A DNA stretch of 64,000 bases from Candidatus Aenigmatarchaeota archaeon (GCA_016187395.1 JACPJV010000014.1:891-64890); one strand, 5' to 3'. Shown: positions 52,974 through 62,997, counted from the stretch's first letter. Notes: generated by a model not told the origin, from the sequence alone. Numbers and translations: made by a program.

Positions 52974-53018
52974 ACGATAAAGAAAATGAAGGGACTTTAA
53001 AAGACTTATTTTCCTATT

Positions 53019-53219
53019 GTGAACATGACTGTTTCCAAAAAGGATGGGGAAGAGCTGATAAAATTGATTGAAAGGAAAATTCCTCCGTTTGCAAAATCTT
53101 TTCTGCCTGCCCCGCCAGAGCTGCTGAAAAAGCTGCCTGAGTCCTCGCGAAAATATACTATACAGGAACTCATCGATTTTCTTGAGAAAGCATGGAAAGA
53201 CGGGAAGATTAAGTGGTAG
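53019..53219 (+). CDS. hypothetical protein
   Basis: 66-aa ORF (GTG 53019 or ATG 53025). Confidence 0.4.
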   Translation: MNMTVSKKDGEELIKLIERKIPPFAKSFLPAPPELLKKLPESSRKYTIQELIDFLEKAWKDGKIKW

Positions 53220-53257
53220 AAACTTACTTTATAAGATTTTCGGAGGTAATAATTGCT

Positions 53258-53512
53258 ATGAATTTGAATGCTGGTTACCCTGTGGATGATATGACTACTG
53301 TCAGTGTTTTAGTCAGATGCGTCGAGAATCCTTATGTTGACCCTATTACAGGGCGGAATAACCGAGAGGGTGTTGTGAGAATTGCGCGTGAAAGGCTTGC
53401 TGGAATACAAAGCCCTGAAGCCAGATGGCTGCTTGACTATGCTATAAAGAATTCAGAGGGGCGAACTGGTGTAAGGATGGGTGACATCTTTGACAAGCTG
53501 CCGAGAATTTAG
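53258..53512 (+). CDS. hypothetical protein
   Basis: ATG at 53258 within track ORF 53213..53512. Confidence 0.4.
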   Translation: MNLNAGYPVDDMTTVSVLVRCVENPYVDPITGRNNREGVVRIARERLAGIQSPEARWLLDYAIKNSEGRTGVRMGDIFDKLPRI

Positions 53513-53859
53513 TTCTCAATAACTTCATCTGCTATAATTTCTATTTCTCCCCTGTACAATGCGATTTTTCCGATTACTTTCACGTTGCTGCTAATCTCGA
53601 CGGCGCTCAGGTTTGCGCTTCTCTTCCATGCCACCACTTTTAATGAACTGTCCTCGCTTTCCAGGGAAAGAAAAAATGCATCAGAGCTTTCTGCTTTTTC
53701 TGCAACGTATCCTTCAACAGCCACGTACTTGCCTATGTCTTCTTCTGATATTTCACTTATCTGCATGGCGAGAGGTTCCGCTATTGCAGAAACAATCCAT
53801 ATTCCGATTATTCCTATTATTGCAATAGCGAGAGATAGCCACTTTATCTTGTTTTGCAT
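53509..53859 (-). CDS. membrane-anchored OB-fold protein
   Basis: N-terminal TM; KYVAVEGYV...LKVVAW...VKVIGKIALYRGEIEI OB-fold pattern. Confidence 0.5.
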   Translation of the reverse strand: MQNKIKWLSLAIAIIGIIGIWIVSAIAEPLAMQISEISEEDIGKYVAVEGYVAEKAESSDAFFLSLESEDSSLKVVAWKRSANLSAVEISSNVKVIGKIALYRGEIEIIADEVIEN

Positions 53860-53964
53860 TTATTGAAGTGGTGAGAATGCTTAAATTACTGGCTGCGTTT
53901 ACTTGAAGATGGCTGGCAGAAGCCTTCAGAGTTTTTCGTGCACCAACAGAGCTTAATTTACTTG

Positions 53965-54393
53965 CTACGGCATTGTTCCTTTCACTATTTCCTGGAATTC
54001 CAGGAAGGCCTTTTTTGCTATAACTCCGGCGTTTTTCTTTACATTGCCGTATATTCTATCCCGATATTGCTGGTGAAACAGGCCGGAAACAAGGCCGCGG
54101 GCTTCCGGTATATCGCTGGTTATTGTTGCGCTGAATGTTACGTTCAGCGACTCTGACAGAGAATCGCCCTCTGCATAGATGTCTATGAACAGCACAGAGA
54201 ACTTGTCCATCTGCTTCTTAATTGAAAATTGCACTTTTGACGAAGTCCTTGGGCCTGATGATTCCAGTGAATTTTCTTTTTCTATTACGTGCCCGAACTT
54301 CTGGGCGGCGTGGATCAGCGCATGGGAAAGCTGATACGGGTCCTTTGTGCTTGCTGAAATATACTCTGTCAGCAGGTATTCGCGTACTTGCAT
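53965..54393 (-). CDS. hypothetical protein
   Basis: 142-aa ORF. Confidence 0.45.
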   Translation of the reverse strand: MQVREYLLTEYISASTKDPYQLSHALIHAAQKFGHVIEKENSLESSGPRTSSKVQFSIKKQMDKFSVLFIDIYAEGDSLSESLNVTFSATITSDIPEARGLVSGLFHQQYRDRIYGNVKKNAGVIAKKAFLEFQEIVKGTMP

Positions 54394-54467
54394 AAAATAA
54401 TAGTTTAGACGAGGTATAATAAAATGTCTTTGTAAGGTTTATATCGTTTCTTTTGCAATAAAGGTGC

Positions 54468-55001
54468 ATGAAATTTCAGGCAACAGTTGAGGAAGTCATG
54501 AACACTGACGTGAAAACCGTTGACATGGACGACGACATAAAAAAGGCCGCGGAAATTATGGCAAAGCACAGGGTTGGGTCTGTTCTTGTAATGGGCCAGA
54601 AACACCTGAAAGGCATATTGACCGCGGAAGACATAGTCCATAAGCATGTGGCCAAAGGACTGGGTGAAAAGGTAAGCGACATAATGACGAAAAACCCTTA
54701 CACAATAACACCAGACAAGACGATTGAGGAGGCCTCTGAAATCATGGCAAGAGAGAGGATAAAAAAGCTGCCTGTTTTGAAAGGAGACACAATTGTTGGA
54801 ATAGTAACTGCGTCTGACATCATACGAGTAGAACCGGCATTGTACGAGATTCTTCTTGAACAGTTGCGGATTCACCGTCCTGAGATGCTTAAGGTCAAAG
54901 ATGCTGTTTCTGAAATGGACCAGTGCGAATCCTGCGGCAACTATTCAGACGACCTGAAGGAGGTCGGCGGGATCTGGATGTGCTCAGAATGCAGGGAATG
55001 A
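54468..55001 (+). CDS. CBS-domain pair protein with C-terminal zinc ribbon
   Basis: Two CBS repeats (VMNTDVKTV..., IMTKNPYTITPD...), CESCG...CSEC. Confidence 0.85.
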   Translation: MKFQATVEEVMNTDVKTVDMDDDIKKAAEIMAKHRVGSVLVMGQKHLKGILTAEDIVHKHVAKGLGEKVSDIMTKNPYTITPDKTIEEASEIMARERIKKLPVLKGDTIVGIVTASDIIRVEPALYEILLEQLRIHRPEMLKVKDAVSEMDQCESCGNYSDDLKEVGGIWMCSECRE

Positions 55002-55034
55002 TGAATCTCAACTTTCTTGAATATAGAGAGCGTT

Positions 55035-55082
55035 ATAGTCATGCAAGAAAGAAATTAGCATTATATTTTCTTGCTGATTATA
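55035..55082 (+). repeat. hairpin, paralog of 21149-21198
   Basis: ATAGTCATGCAAGAAA-16 nt-TTTCTTGCTGATTATA. Confidence 0.6.
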
Positions 55083-55185
55083 CAAGCAGAAGCGAAGCTT
55101 CTGCTGTACATGGAAAACTGAAAGTTTTCCAGTACTGATGAACCGAAGGTTCATCATGTACAACAGGAACCCCGTTCCTGTTTGT
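55082..55185 (+). repeat. four tandem 26-nt palindromic hairpin units
   Basis: Units 55082-55107, 55108-55133, 55134-55159, 55160-55185. Each is AC + 8-9-bp stem + triloop (GAA x3, CCC x1) + GT; stems are all different. Confidence 0.8.
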
Positions 55186-55234
55186 ATGTGAACCAAACAG
55201 TATAATATCCTGATTATTTATTTGGTTCACTATG
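55186..55234 (+). repeat. GTGAACCAAA...TTTGGTTCACTAT hairpin
   Basis: 10-bp perfect stem 55188-55197/55221-55230; loop shares ATATCCTGA with 6226-6234. Confidence 0.75.
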
Positions 55235-55236
55235 AT

Positions 55237-55349
55237 TTGCTCCATATACTCCCACGCCTAAAGGCGTGGGTTTCTTTGAGCAAAGCATGTCGGAAGCCTT
55301 CTGTATCATATCCTCCGCTTAAAAGCGGAGGTTTATGTGGAGGCTTCCG
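55237..55349 (+). ncRNA. two-hairpin structured element, copy 2
   Basis: Paralog of 52858-52973 with compensatory changes in both stems of the second hairpin. Confidence 0.5.
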
Positions 55350-55633
55350 CCTATAATTGGAACCCTTTGTTTTCGTTTTATGCGGGTTTTAAGCCAAAAC
55401 AAAGAGTTTAAATAGTTTCCGAATATCTATCCGTAAGGATATTACCAACAACGCGAGAGAAGAGCTGGTGTATTATCATGTTCACAATCCAGTGCCGGAC
55501 TGAACCGGCACTATTCACGGAATTTGAAAATGAATAAGGTATAGCATTAGCTCTGTTTCTTGCCTGAATATCCGACAAAAGGTGTGTGAGATGAATGCAC
55601 GTTTTCCTTCAGGAAAACGTGAGGTGTGTTCAA

Positions 55634-56821
55634 ATGGGAAAACTGGCACAGAATTTCGCCAAGTATATGATACATGCGAAAATGGAGGCTACGGGCACTG
55701 TAGAAAAGCCTGATGTTATCGGGGCTATTTTCGGGCAAACCGAGGGGCTTTTAGGACAGGACTTGGACTTGAGGGAACTGCAGAGGACCGGCAGAATTGG
55801 AAGGATAGAGGTAAGGCTGAAAACTCTCAAGGGCAACACAACTGCTGAAATTGAAATTCCGTCTTCATTGGATTCAAGCGAAACTGCGCTTATAGCAGCT
55901 GCGCTGGAAACAATAGAAAAGGTTGGCCCGTGCACTGCAAAGACCGCCATAGAGAAGGTTGAAGACGTGCGTACGCAAAAGAGGCACTTTGTTATAGACA
56001 GGGCCAAGGATATTCTGCGCGATATGACTTCAGAGCTTAGCGAAAGCCAGAACATCGCAGAACATATCAGAGAATCTGTAAGGAGCTTTGAAATAAGCTC
56101 CTGGGAAGGACTTTCTTCCGGCCCGGATGTTCTGACATCAGATGAAATAATCATAGTAGAGGGCAGGGGAGACGTCATAAACCTGGTCAAAAATGGAATA
56201 AGAAACTGCATAGCGATAGAGGGCAGCAAGGTGCCTGAGCCTATAGAAAGATTGTGCAAAGAAAAGGTCGTTACGGCATTATTGGACGGGGACCGGGGCG
56301 GCGATCTTATACTAAGAAAGCTTCTGTCCACTGTAGAAATAGACTTTGTTGCGAGGGCAGAGGAGGGCAAGGAAGTGGAAGAGCTAACAAAAAAACAACT
56401 GTTCAAATCACTGAGATCAAAGGTCACCGTGAACAGAGTGATCGAGGATATTGGTAAGATTGCTCCTTCGACTATAAAGGATTTTGAAGAGCAGGAAGTG
56501 GAAAAGGAACACCTAACAGCAGAAAAGCGCAAACAGCTGCTGAAGCACGTGGAAGATCTGGTAGGAACCCGAGCGGCATTCCTCCTGGACAGCGATGGGC
56601 ATTTGCTTTCAAAGATGCCGATAGGTGAATTGAGCCTGCTTATACAGGATTATCCAGAGACTGACATTGTTGTCATTGACAGCAAGATAAACCAGGATCT
56701 CGTGGACCTTGCCATACAGAGAAGGATAAAATATCTAATAGGCACCGGCATGAAAGATGAAGTCAAGTCTCCGAAAACACTAATTGTCATAACTCCCGAA
56801 GAACTGAAAAGCATGGCCTAA
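55634..56821 (+). CDS. dnaG: archaeal DnaG-type primase (TOPRIM)
   Basis: KYMIHAKMEATGTVEKPDVIGAIFGQTEGLLG N-terminus, TOPRIM IIVEGRGD and LLDGDRGGDLI; start at M14. Confidence 0.9.
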   Translation: MGKLAQNFAKYMIHAKMEATGTVEKPDVIGAIFGQTEGLLGQDLDLRELQRTGRIGRIEVRLKTLKGNTTAEIEIPSSLDSSETALIAAALETIEKVGPCTAKTAIEKVEDVRTQKRHFVIDRAKDILRDMTSELSESQNIAEHIRESVRSFEISSWEGLSSGPDVLTSDEIIIVEGRGDVINLVKNGIRNCIAIEGSKVPEPIERLCKEKVVTALLDGDRGGDLILRKLLSTVEIDFVARAEEGKEVEELTKKQLFKSLRSKVTVNRVIEDIGKIAPSTIKDFEEQEVEKEHLTAEKRKQLLKHVEDLVGTRAAFLLDSDGHLLSKMPIGELSLLIQDYPETDIVVIDSKINQDLVDLAIQRRIKYLIGTGMKDEVKSPKTLIVITPEELKSMA

Positions 56822-56857
56822 CTGCTACTTTTATTATCCTTCTTGCAATACTGAAAT

Positions 56858-57844
56858 ATGACAGAAAAATCGAGACGCCTATGGCTGCTTAAAGACGAGT
56901 GCAAGAAAGCCGGCGCAAACTGCGTTGTGATAACAAACGCGATAATGAACGAGGGCAAAAATCCGAACTTTTTCTGGCTGACAAACTGCAACTATGGAAG
57001 TGTCTTTTACTGGGAATTTCGTGATAACCCCCGCATAATAGCCAATTCCATAGAGGCGCCTCTGTGCAGGAAAGCATGGGTGAAGTGTGAGATCGGCAAT
57101 GTTGAAGATATTCTGAAATCAATGCACGGTATGGCCGCATTCGATGCATCTCATACCAACGTTAATTTTTACAATAAAATTAACGCCAAACCTTTTGATG
57201 TATCGGATAAATTCAGAAATTTCCGGAGAACAAAAAGCGGTTACGAGATAAAATGTATAAAAAGAGCGTGCGATATTACTGGCAGTATTTTTTCAGAGGT
57301 TTTCAGGATGCAGAAGGGCAAGACTGAAAGACGCATATTTTCTTTTGCCAGAATGAAAATCGCGGAAATGGGTCTAGAGGAGGCTTTTGACCCTATAGTT
57401 GCGTCAGGCTCTAATATCAGAAGTCCTCATCACATACCGACAGATAAGCGGCATAAAGGGGCTCTGCTGGTGGATTTGGGGGTTCGGTTTGGCGGATACT
57501 GCAGCGATGTTACGAGAACTTACGGCAGCAGCTATACGAGAATAGGAGAGAAAATCCATGAAAAGCTAAAAGAAGTTATAAGAGAGGGCGTTTCATGCGC
57601 AGAAGCTGACAAAGTTTCGCGACAAGCGATGGGAACTCTTGCAAAAACATTCGTAACAAGCCTTGGACACGGAATTGGAATTTCTGTTCATGAAGATCCC
57701 CGCGTATCATCAAAAAGCAACGATATACTGAAGAAAGGCGATGTTATAACTATAGAACCCGGGATTTATTTAAAAAACGGGATGCGTCTGGAAAACGTTT
57801 ATCTGGTTGGAAAAAACAAATGCGACAATCTTACAGACTGGTAA
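56858..57844 (+). CDS. M24-family Xaa-Pro aminopeptidase
   Basis: Pita-bread metal ligands (DLGVRFGGYCSDVTRT, HGIGISVHEDP, ITIEPG). Confidence 0.8.
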   Translation: MTEKSRRLWLLKDECKKAGANCVVITNAIMNEGKNPNFFWLTNCNYGSVFYWEFRDNPRIIANSIEAPLCRKAWVKCEIGNVEDILKSMHGMAAFDASHTNVNFYNKINAKPFDVSDKFRNFRRTKSGYEIKCIKRACDITGSIFSEVFRMQKGKTERRIFSFARMKIAEMGLEEAFDPIVASGSNIRSPHHIPTDKRHKGALLVDLGVRFGGYCSDVTRTYGSSYTRIGEKIHEKLKEVIREGVSCAEADKVSRQAMGTLAKTFVTSLGHGIGISVHEDPRVSSKSNDILKKGDVITIEPGIYLKNGMRLENVYLVGKNKCDNLTDW

Positions 57845-58096
57845 ATGACCTTAACAATTAAATAAAGAGAAAAATTAGAAAGAAAATTCCGTTTATCTTC
57901 TCCTTCTTCTGGATGCTCTTTTTGCCGTTCTTCTTCTTCGTGCTGCCATTTAAAACACCTCACCTTGCTTTTGCAAGGTGATTTCATTTTCACCGATAAA
58001 TACATGCATTCAGGTAGTATTAAAAATTAGCGGAAGTGTTTTGTTTCACTTATTTTCGCCTTTTTTATAACGCTTTGACGTTGAAGAGTTATGACG

Positions 58097-59557
58097 TCAT
58101 TTCCAATCCGATAAAAGCCTGTGCAGAAGGCGGATCCCCCAGCCAGTGCTCCCTCTGGGCATATAGTACTTATTTCTCTCGTATAATGTCACTCCTGCTA
58201 TATCCAGGTGTGCCCATGGTGTTTTATTTACAAATGCTTCAAGAAACGCTGCTCCTGTTATAGGACCTGCTGCTCCCCTTTCCTTTCCTGTATTCCTGAC
58301 TTCAGCTACATCACTTTTTACAAGCTCCCTGTAATCGTCCCATAGTGGCAGCTGCCACACTCTCTCGTCTGTTGATGATGAAGCGGCGCTTATTTTTTCC
58401 ATCAGTTTTTCATTATTGCCCATAAGTCCTGCTGCCTCGTGACCCAGCGCTATTACGCATGCACCGGTAAGGGTTGCAATATCTATTATTGCCTCCGGCT
58501 TATATTTCTTTTCTGCATAAGCCAGCGCATCTGCAAGTACAACGCGGCCTTCTGCATCCGTGTTTATAACCTCTATTGTTTTTCCGTTGTATGCCCTGAT
58601 TATGTCACCAGGCTTGTACGATGATCCGGAAGGCATGTTTTCACATAACGGCATTATGCCGATTATATGCAGAGGCAGTTTTGACCTGGCAGCCGCCGTC
58701 ATTGTCCCTAAAACTACGGCAGCTCCTTCCACGTCTCCGTGCATTCCAAGCATGGAGTCGGCGGGCTTGATGTCAAGACCGCCGCTATCAAAGGTTATGC
58801 CTTTGCCTACCAGCGCTATTTTCCTTTTTGCCCGGGGGTTCCACTCTAAAATCAGGAAGAAAGGGTCGTGCGAGCTTCCCCTTGCTACTGCCAGGAATGC
58901 ATTCAGCCCTGTTTTTCCGGCTTCGTTTTTCCCGATTGCGCGAAATCTTAAATTATATTTTTTGCATTCTTTTCTGGCAACATCAGCAAATATCTTCGGC
59001 GTCCTGTCTGATGCCGGCGTATTTACCAGATCACGGGCGAAGCTTACTGACTCTGATAAGATGATTGAAGATTCTATGCTTTTCTGCAGTCCTTCTCCGC
59101 AAATGGTTATTTTATCCAATAAAAATTCCCTTTTCTTCTTGTACTTGTCAAAAGAATAAAGAGACAGGAAGAATCCTTCTGCGACCGGCTGTGTGTATTT
59201 TTCCGGCAGTCCATGGAGGTTTATTGCAACCTTGGGGTATTTTGCTTCCACTGTTCGCTTAGCTGCTATTGCCGCTGCCCGGCGCATGGTTTCCGTTGTT
59301 ATTTTATCCTTCTTTCCAAGTCCTATCATCATAACGTACCTGGATCTGAGTTTTCCAGCGGACGGCAAAATTATGCTTTTGTCAAAGCTTCCATTGAACT
59401 CTTCTTTTTTCAGGTCAGCTCCTATATTTTTCGCCAATGAATTAATCCTCTTTGAATCTTCCTCCAGAAAGAATATTGATGCGTCCGCTGAAACTTCTTC
59501 TGCGCTGCTCTTGCTGCATTCAATCGTGACTTTTTTCTGGTTGATTGTAATTTGCAT
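58097..59557 (-). CDS. pepA: leucyl aminopeptidase (M17)
   Basis: NTDAEGRVVLADAL signature, GKGITFDSGG. Confidence 0.9.
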   Translation of the reverse strand: MQITINQKKVTIECSKSSAEEVSADASIFFLEEDSKRINSLAKNIGADLKKEEFNGSFDKSIILPSAGKLRSRYVMMIGLGKKDKITTETMRRAAAIAAKRTVEAKYPKVAINLHGLPEKYTQPVAEGFFLSLYSFDKYKKKREFLLDKITICGEGLQKSIESSIILSESVSFARDLVNTPASDRTPKIFADVARKECKKYNLRFRAIGKNEAGKTGLNAFLAVARGSSHDPFFLILEWNPRAKRKIALVGKGITFDSGGLDIKPADSMLGMHGDVEGAAVVLGTMTAAARSKLPLHIIGIMPLCENMPSGSSYKPGDIIRAYNGKTIEVINTDAEGRVVLADALAYAEKKYKPEAIIDIATLTGACVIALGHEAAGLMGNNEKLMEKISAASSSTDERVWQLPLWDDYRELVKSDVAEVRNTGKERGAAGPITGAAFLEAFVNKTPWAHLDIAGVTLYERNKYYMPRGSTGWGIRLLHRLLSDWK

Positions 59558-59617
59558 GGATATCTTTTGTATTCCACCATTTTAAACTCTTTTTATCGTC
59601 AAAGTCCAATAAATACC

Positions 59618-59989
59618 ATGCATTTGTATTCGAAGGGTTACAGGAGCGAGAGGGAACTGCTGCACCTGCTTTACAAGCAAGGCTGGGCAGTCATCCGCGC
59701 TCCAAGGTCAGGCCGCGTCGGCATACCAACGCCTGATATAGTTGCAGCCAAAGCCGGCAGGCTTGTCGTAATAGAATGCAAATCACGCGCAGAGGCATTT
59801 GCCGTTGAAAAAGAGCAGCTTTTGCAATTAGCAGAGTGGGAGCAGCGCGCAGGCGCAAAGGCATACATAGGCTGGAAGCAGTCAAGGAAAGGATGGTCTT
59901 TTTTGCGCCTCAATGACGTGCAAAAAAACAACGGAAATGTAGGCAAAGCCTTCGCAGAAGAAAAGGGGATCAAAATGGAAAGTATCTGA
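59618..59989 (+). CDS. hjc: Holliday junction resolvase Hjc
   Basis: KGYRSERELLHLL...RAPRSG...PDIVAAK...IECKS; start at ATG 59618. Confidence 0.85.
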   Translation: MHLYSKGYRSERELLHLLYKQGWAVIRAPRSGRVGIPTPDIVAAKAGRLVVIECKSRAEAFAVEKEQLLQLAEWEQRAGAKAYIGWKQSRKGWSFLRLNDVQKNNGNVGKAFAEEKGIKMESI

Positions 59990-60034
59990 AAAGAAGATTA
60001 CAGAGAATCAAGTTAAAAATACAGAATATGAAAA

Positions 60035-61360
60035 TCATTTGCTTTCAACCCTGCCTATCTCCTTCTCCACAGCAGCGCCGAATTCCTCAATAAGCTTCTG
60101 GGCCTTTACCTTTGTTTTTGCTTCAGCATGCATTCTTACCGTTGGTTCGGTGTTCGAAGCCCGTATAAGCACCCACGAATCCCCAAGATTCACCCTCACC
60201 CCATCCATCGTATCCACGTCTTTATGCACCTTTTTCAGATTTTTCTTTAGGTTTTCTATCACCGCGAATTTTTTGTCATCAGGACATTCGAAGTATTTCC
60301 TGAGAATATGCAGCGCAGGTATTTTGTTTACAATCTCAGACAGCTTCTTGTTCTGCTTTGACAGTGCGTAACCAAAATAAAGCGCCATAGCCACGCTGTC
60401 GTTGAATGGCGCTAAATGAGGAATGGCGCCGTGCCCGTTTATCTCGGTACCATAGGCGACCTTGTGCCTCTGCACCGTCTGCGACAGGAACGTGTGCCCG
60501 ACAGGAAACCTTATCACGTTTCTTCCGAATTTCTTCGCAGCCATATCTATCAGCATGCTGCATTCGACATTGGCAGCCACGTCGCCTTTTCTCTCGTTGA
60601 GCAGTTCATGCAGCGAGATATACCCCATCTGCTCGCACGTGAGTTTGCGGCCTTTGTCATCCACAACCATCACCCGGTCTCCGTCGCCGTCAAATGCAAG
60701 ACCAAAATCATAATCATATACCTTCGATTTCAGGGCTGCCAGCTCGTCTGTCAGAGGGTCAGACGGCCTGTTCGGAAAGTTGCCGTCCGGAACATCAAAC
60801 ATTGCATCCACAGAAAATCCGGCTTTCTCAAACACATTTTTTACACCAACCGATGTCGCGCCGTTGCCGCAATCGATGAGCACGCGCAAAGGCCGCTCAG
60901 CATTTATTTTCGAAGAAAGAAATTCAGCATAGTCCTCATCCACATTGCTTACAATGCTCTTGTCGCACCTGCTGCCGCTTGTGTTCTTCTGACAAAGCTT
61001 TCCTATCTCCTGAACCTCTTCAGCTGAGAAGCCAAGCATGCTGGAATGATAAAATTTGATTCCATTCCATTCCTTGGGAAGGTGCGAGGCAGTTACATAT
61101 GCCAATGCAGCATTATTCTTCCATGCAGCGAAAAGCGCAGCAGATATAGGCAATATACCTGCATCTATCAATTTTTTGCCAGACATGCCGGATACAAACG
61201 CATTTTTCAATGAGAGGCTGGAAAGCCTTGTGTCCTGTGAAATCACAACCTTTTTGTCTTTCGCGACCCTGGAAAAGCCAGTGCCAATTTTTCGCATTAT
61301 ACCCTCGTCCAGATCCTTCTTGTATACCCCCCTTATGTCGTATCTTCTGAAAATACCCAT
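60035..61360 (-). CDS. phosphoglucomutase/phosphomannomutase family
   Basis: Phosphoserine loop TASHLP, metal loop FDGDGDR. Confidence 0.9.
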   Translation of the reverse strand: MGIFRRYDIRGVYKKDLDEGIMRKIGTGFSRVAKDKKVVISQDTRLSSLSLKNAFVSGMSGKKLIDAGILPISAALFAAWKNNAALAYVTASHLPKEWNGIKFYHSSMLGFSAEEVQEIGKLCQKNTSGSRCDKSIVSNVDEDYAEFLSSKINAERPLRVLIDCGNGATSVGVKNVFEKAGFSVDAMFDVPDGNFPNRPSDPLTDELAALKSKVYDYDFGLAFDGDGDRVMVVDDKGRKLTCEQMGYISLHELLNERKGDVAANVECSMLIDMAAKKFGRNVIRFPVGHTFLSQTVQRHKVAYGTEINGHGAIPHLAPFNDSVAMALYFGYALSKQNKKLSEIVNKIPALHILRKYFECPDDKKFAVIENLKKNLKKVHKDVDTMDGVRVNLGDSWVLIRASNTEPTVRMHAEAKTKVKAQKLIEEFGAAVEKEIGRVESK

Positions 61361-61410
61361 AGCTTTTCTACTCTACTACAAGTTCTTAAGTCTTTTTGGT
61401 AAATTTCCGT

Positions 61411-62664
61411 ATGGACTGGAAGAAGTTCAGGGATTTGCCTATAGAGGAAAGGCTAAGATACGTACAAGAGAAATGCGGACTGAGTGATGAAGAAGTGCGC
61501 ATGCTGAGGGGCGGGTTTCTGGACGAAGATACTGCGAACCATATGATTGAGAACGTTATCGGAAGCATAAAGCTGCCGATAGGCATAGCCACAAATTTTG
61601 TCGTTAACGGCAAAGAATACTTGATTCCGATGGCTATTGAAGAAAGCTCTGTTGTCGCGGCTGCTAGCAATGCGGCAAAACTGTGCAGGGGTTCCGGAGG
61701 GTTTGCCGCAGAGGCGGATGATTCTATAATGATCGGGCAGATTTTCATACGAGATTTTGATTCACGCGCAACAGACCGCATAATTGCAGAAAAGGACAGG
61801 ATAAGGCGTGAAGCTAATCCGGCGGATTCGACGCTTGTAGCTTCGGGAGGCGGCATGGAGGATCTGGAAGTCAGGGAGGTTGGGGACAGGTTATGCGTTC
61901 ATCTGCTAATAGACGTTAAGGATGCCATGGGCGCGAATTTTGTCAACAGCACTGTTGAACGGGTTGCCCCGCTGCTTGAGGAGATAACCGGTGGCAAGGT
62001 TGTTTTGAAGATTCTCTCCAACCTGGCCGTCTATAGAAAGGTTCGTGCAAAGGCTGTCTGGGATAAGGGTTTCCTGGAAGAGTCGTTTAAAGAAAGCGGT
62101 GATTATAAGGCAGAGGATATAGTCAACGGCATAATTGAACTGTGGAATATTGCCAAGGAAGATCCGTACAGGCGTGCGACACATAACAAGGGCATGATGA
62201 ACGGAATAGATGCGCTGATGATCGCGACCGGCAATGACTGGAGGGCTATTGAAAGCGGTGTTCATGCATATTCGATGCTTACCGGAGGCCTCCTCACCAG
62301 GTTTAGCGCGACTGCTGAAGGCAACCTGGAAGGTTTCATAGAAATTCCACTAGCTGCCGGGATTGTTGGAGGGGCTACAAAAATAAACCCTGTTGCACAG
62401 GTTTGCCTCAAGATACTGGGGGTGAAGAGCGCAAAGGAGCTTGCATGCGTGGCTGCAAGCGTAGGGCTTGCCAATAATTTTGCGGCCTTGCGCGTATTGT
62501 CCACAGAAGGGGTGCAGCGAGGGCACATGAAGCTTCATGCAACGAATATTGCCCACATGGCCGGGGCGAATGGAAGGAATATAGAGAGGGTTGCGCAGAT
62601 AATGATACAAGAGAAAAAAATAAGCGTTGCAAGAGCCAAGGAGATATTGGAAGAGATTATTTGA
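61411..62664 (+). CDS. hmgA: HMG-CoA reductase (class II-like)
   Basis: ENVIGSIKLPIGIA, EESSVVAAAS, DAMGAN, GTEGVQRGHMKLH blocks; ATG 61411 preferred to TTG 61396. Confidence 0.9.
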   Translation: MDWKKFRDLPIEERLRYVQEKCGLSDEEVRMLRGGFLDEDTANHMIENVIGSIKLPIGIATNFVVNGKEYLIPMAIEESSVVAAASNAAKLCRGSGGFAAEADDSIMIGQIFIRDFDSRATDRIIAEKDRIRREANPADSTLVASGGGMEDLEVREVGDRLCVHLLIDVKDAMGANFVNSTVERVAPLLEEITGGKVVLKILSNLAVYRKVRAKAVWDKGFLEESFKESGDYKAEDIVNGIIELWNIAKEDPYRRATHNKGMMNGIDALMIATGNDWRAIESGVHAYSMLTGGLLTRFSATAEGNLEGFIEIPLAAGIVGGATKINPVAQVCLKILGVKSAKELACVAASVGLANNFAALRVLSTEGVQRGHMKLHATNIAHMAGANGRNIERVAQIMIQEKKISVARAKEILEEII

Positions 62665-62673
62665 GGTGAAGGC

Positions 62674-62997
62674 ATGTATCATCCTGGAAAGGTTGTCAAG
62701 GTTTTGGCTGGAAAAGAAAGTAATGACCCAACGCAAGCTGTTCTTGAGATGTGGGATGATAACCTTCTCACTTTTCTCGTTGATTCTCGCATAGCTTCTG
62801 AGGTAAAGGAGGGTGACATTGTTCTTGTAGACTATAGATCCGTAACCCCTGCTAATCCGAATTCACATGTCATAGTAAAAATACTTCATGGAGGAGATGC
62901 GAGTGGTATATGGAGAAAATACAAGGAAAGTTATGAAAAGAAAGGACGTAATCAGCGTATGCATGATGTTTTGGATAACGACGAATATCTAGGCTAG
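62674..62997 (+). CDS. hypothetical protein
   Basis: 107-aa ORF, 9 nt after hmgA. Confidence 0.45.
   Translation: MYHPGKVVKVLAGKESNDPTQAVLEMWDDNLLTFLVDSRIASEVKEGDIVLVDYRSVTPANPNSHVIVKILHGGDASGIWRKYKESYEKKGRNQRMHDVLDNDEYLG

Noticed and set aside
52914-52980. H/ACA guide RNA (lower stem, internal-loop pocket, upper stem, 3' AUA)
   Set aside because: - The internal-loop sequence is conserved between the two copies while the stems vary, which is the opposite of the guide-RNA pattern.
- I found no K-turn or K-loop GA pairs in the upper stem.
- The distance from the pocket to the AUA is about 22 nt, against an expected 14-16.
55082-55349. CRISPR array (regularly spaced short units)
   Set aside because: There is no constant repeat separating variable spacers. 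Each 26-nt unit is itself a different palindrome. No cas genes are in the window.
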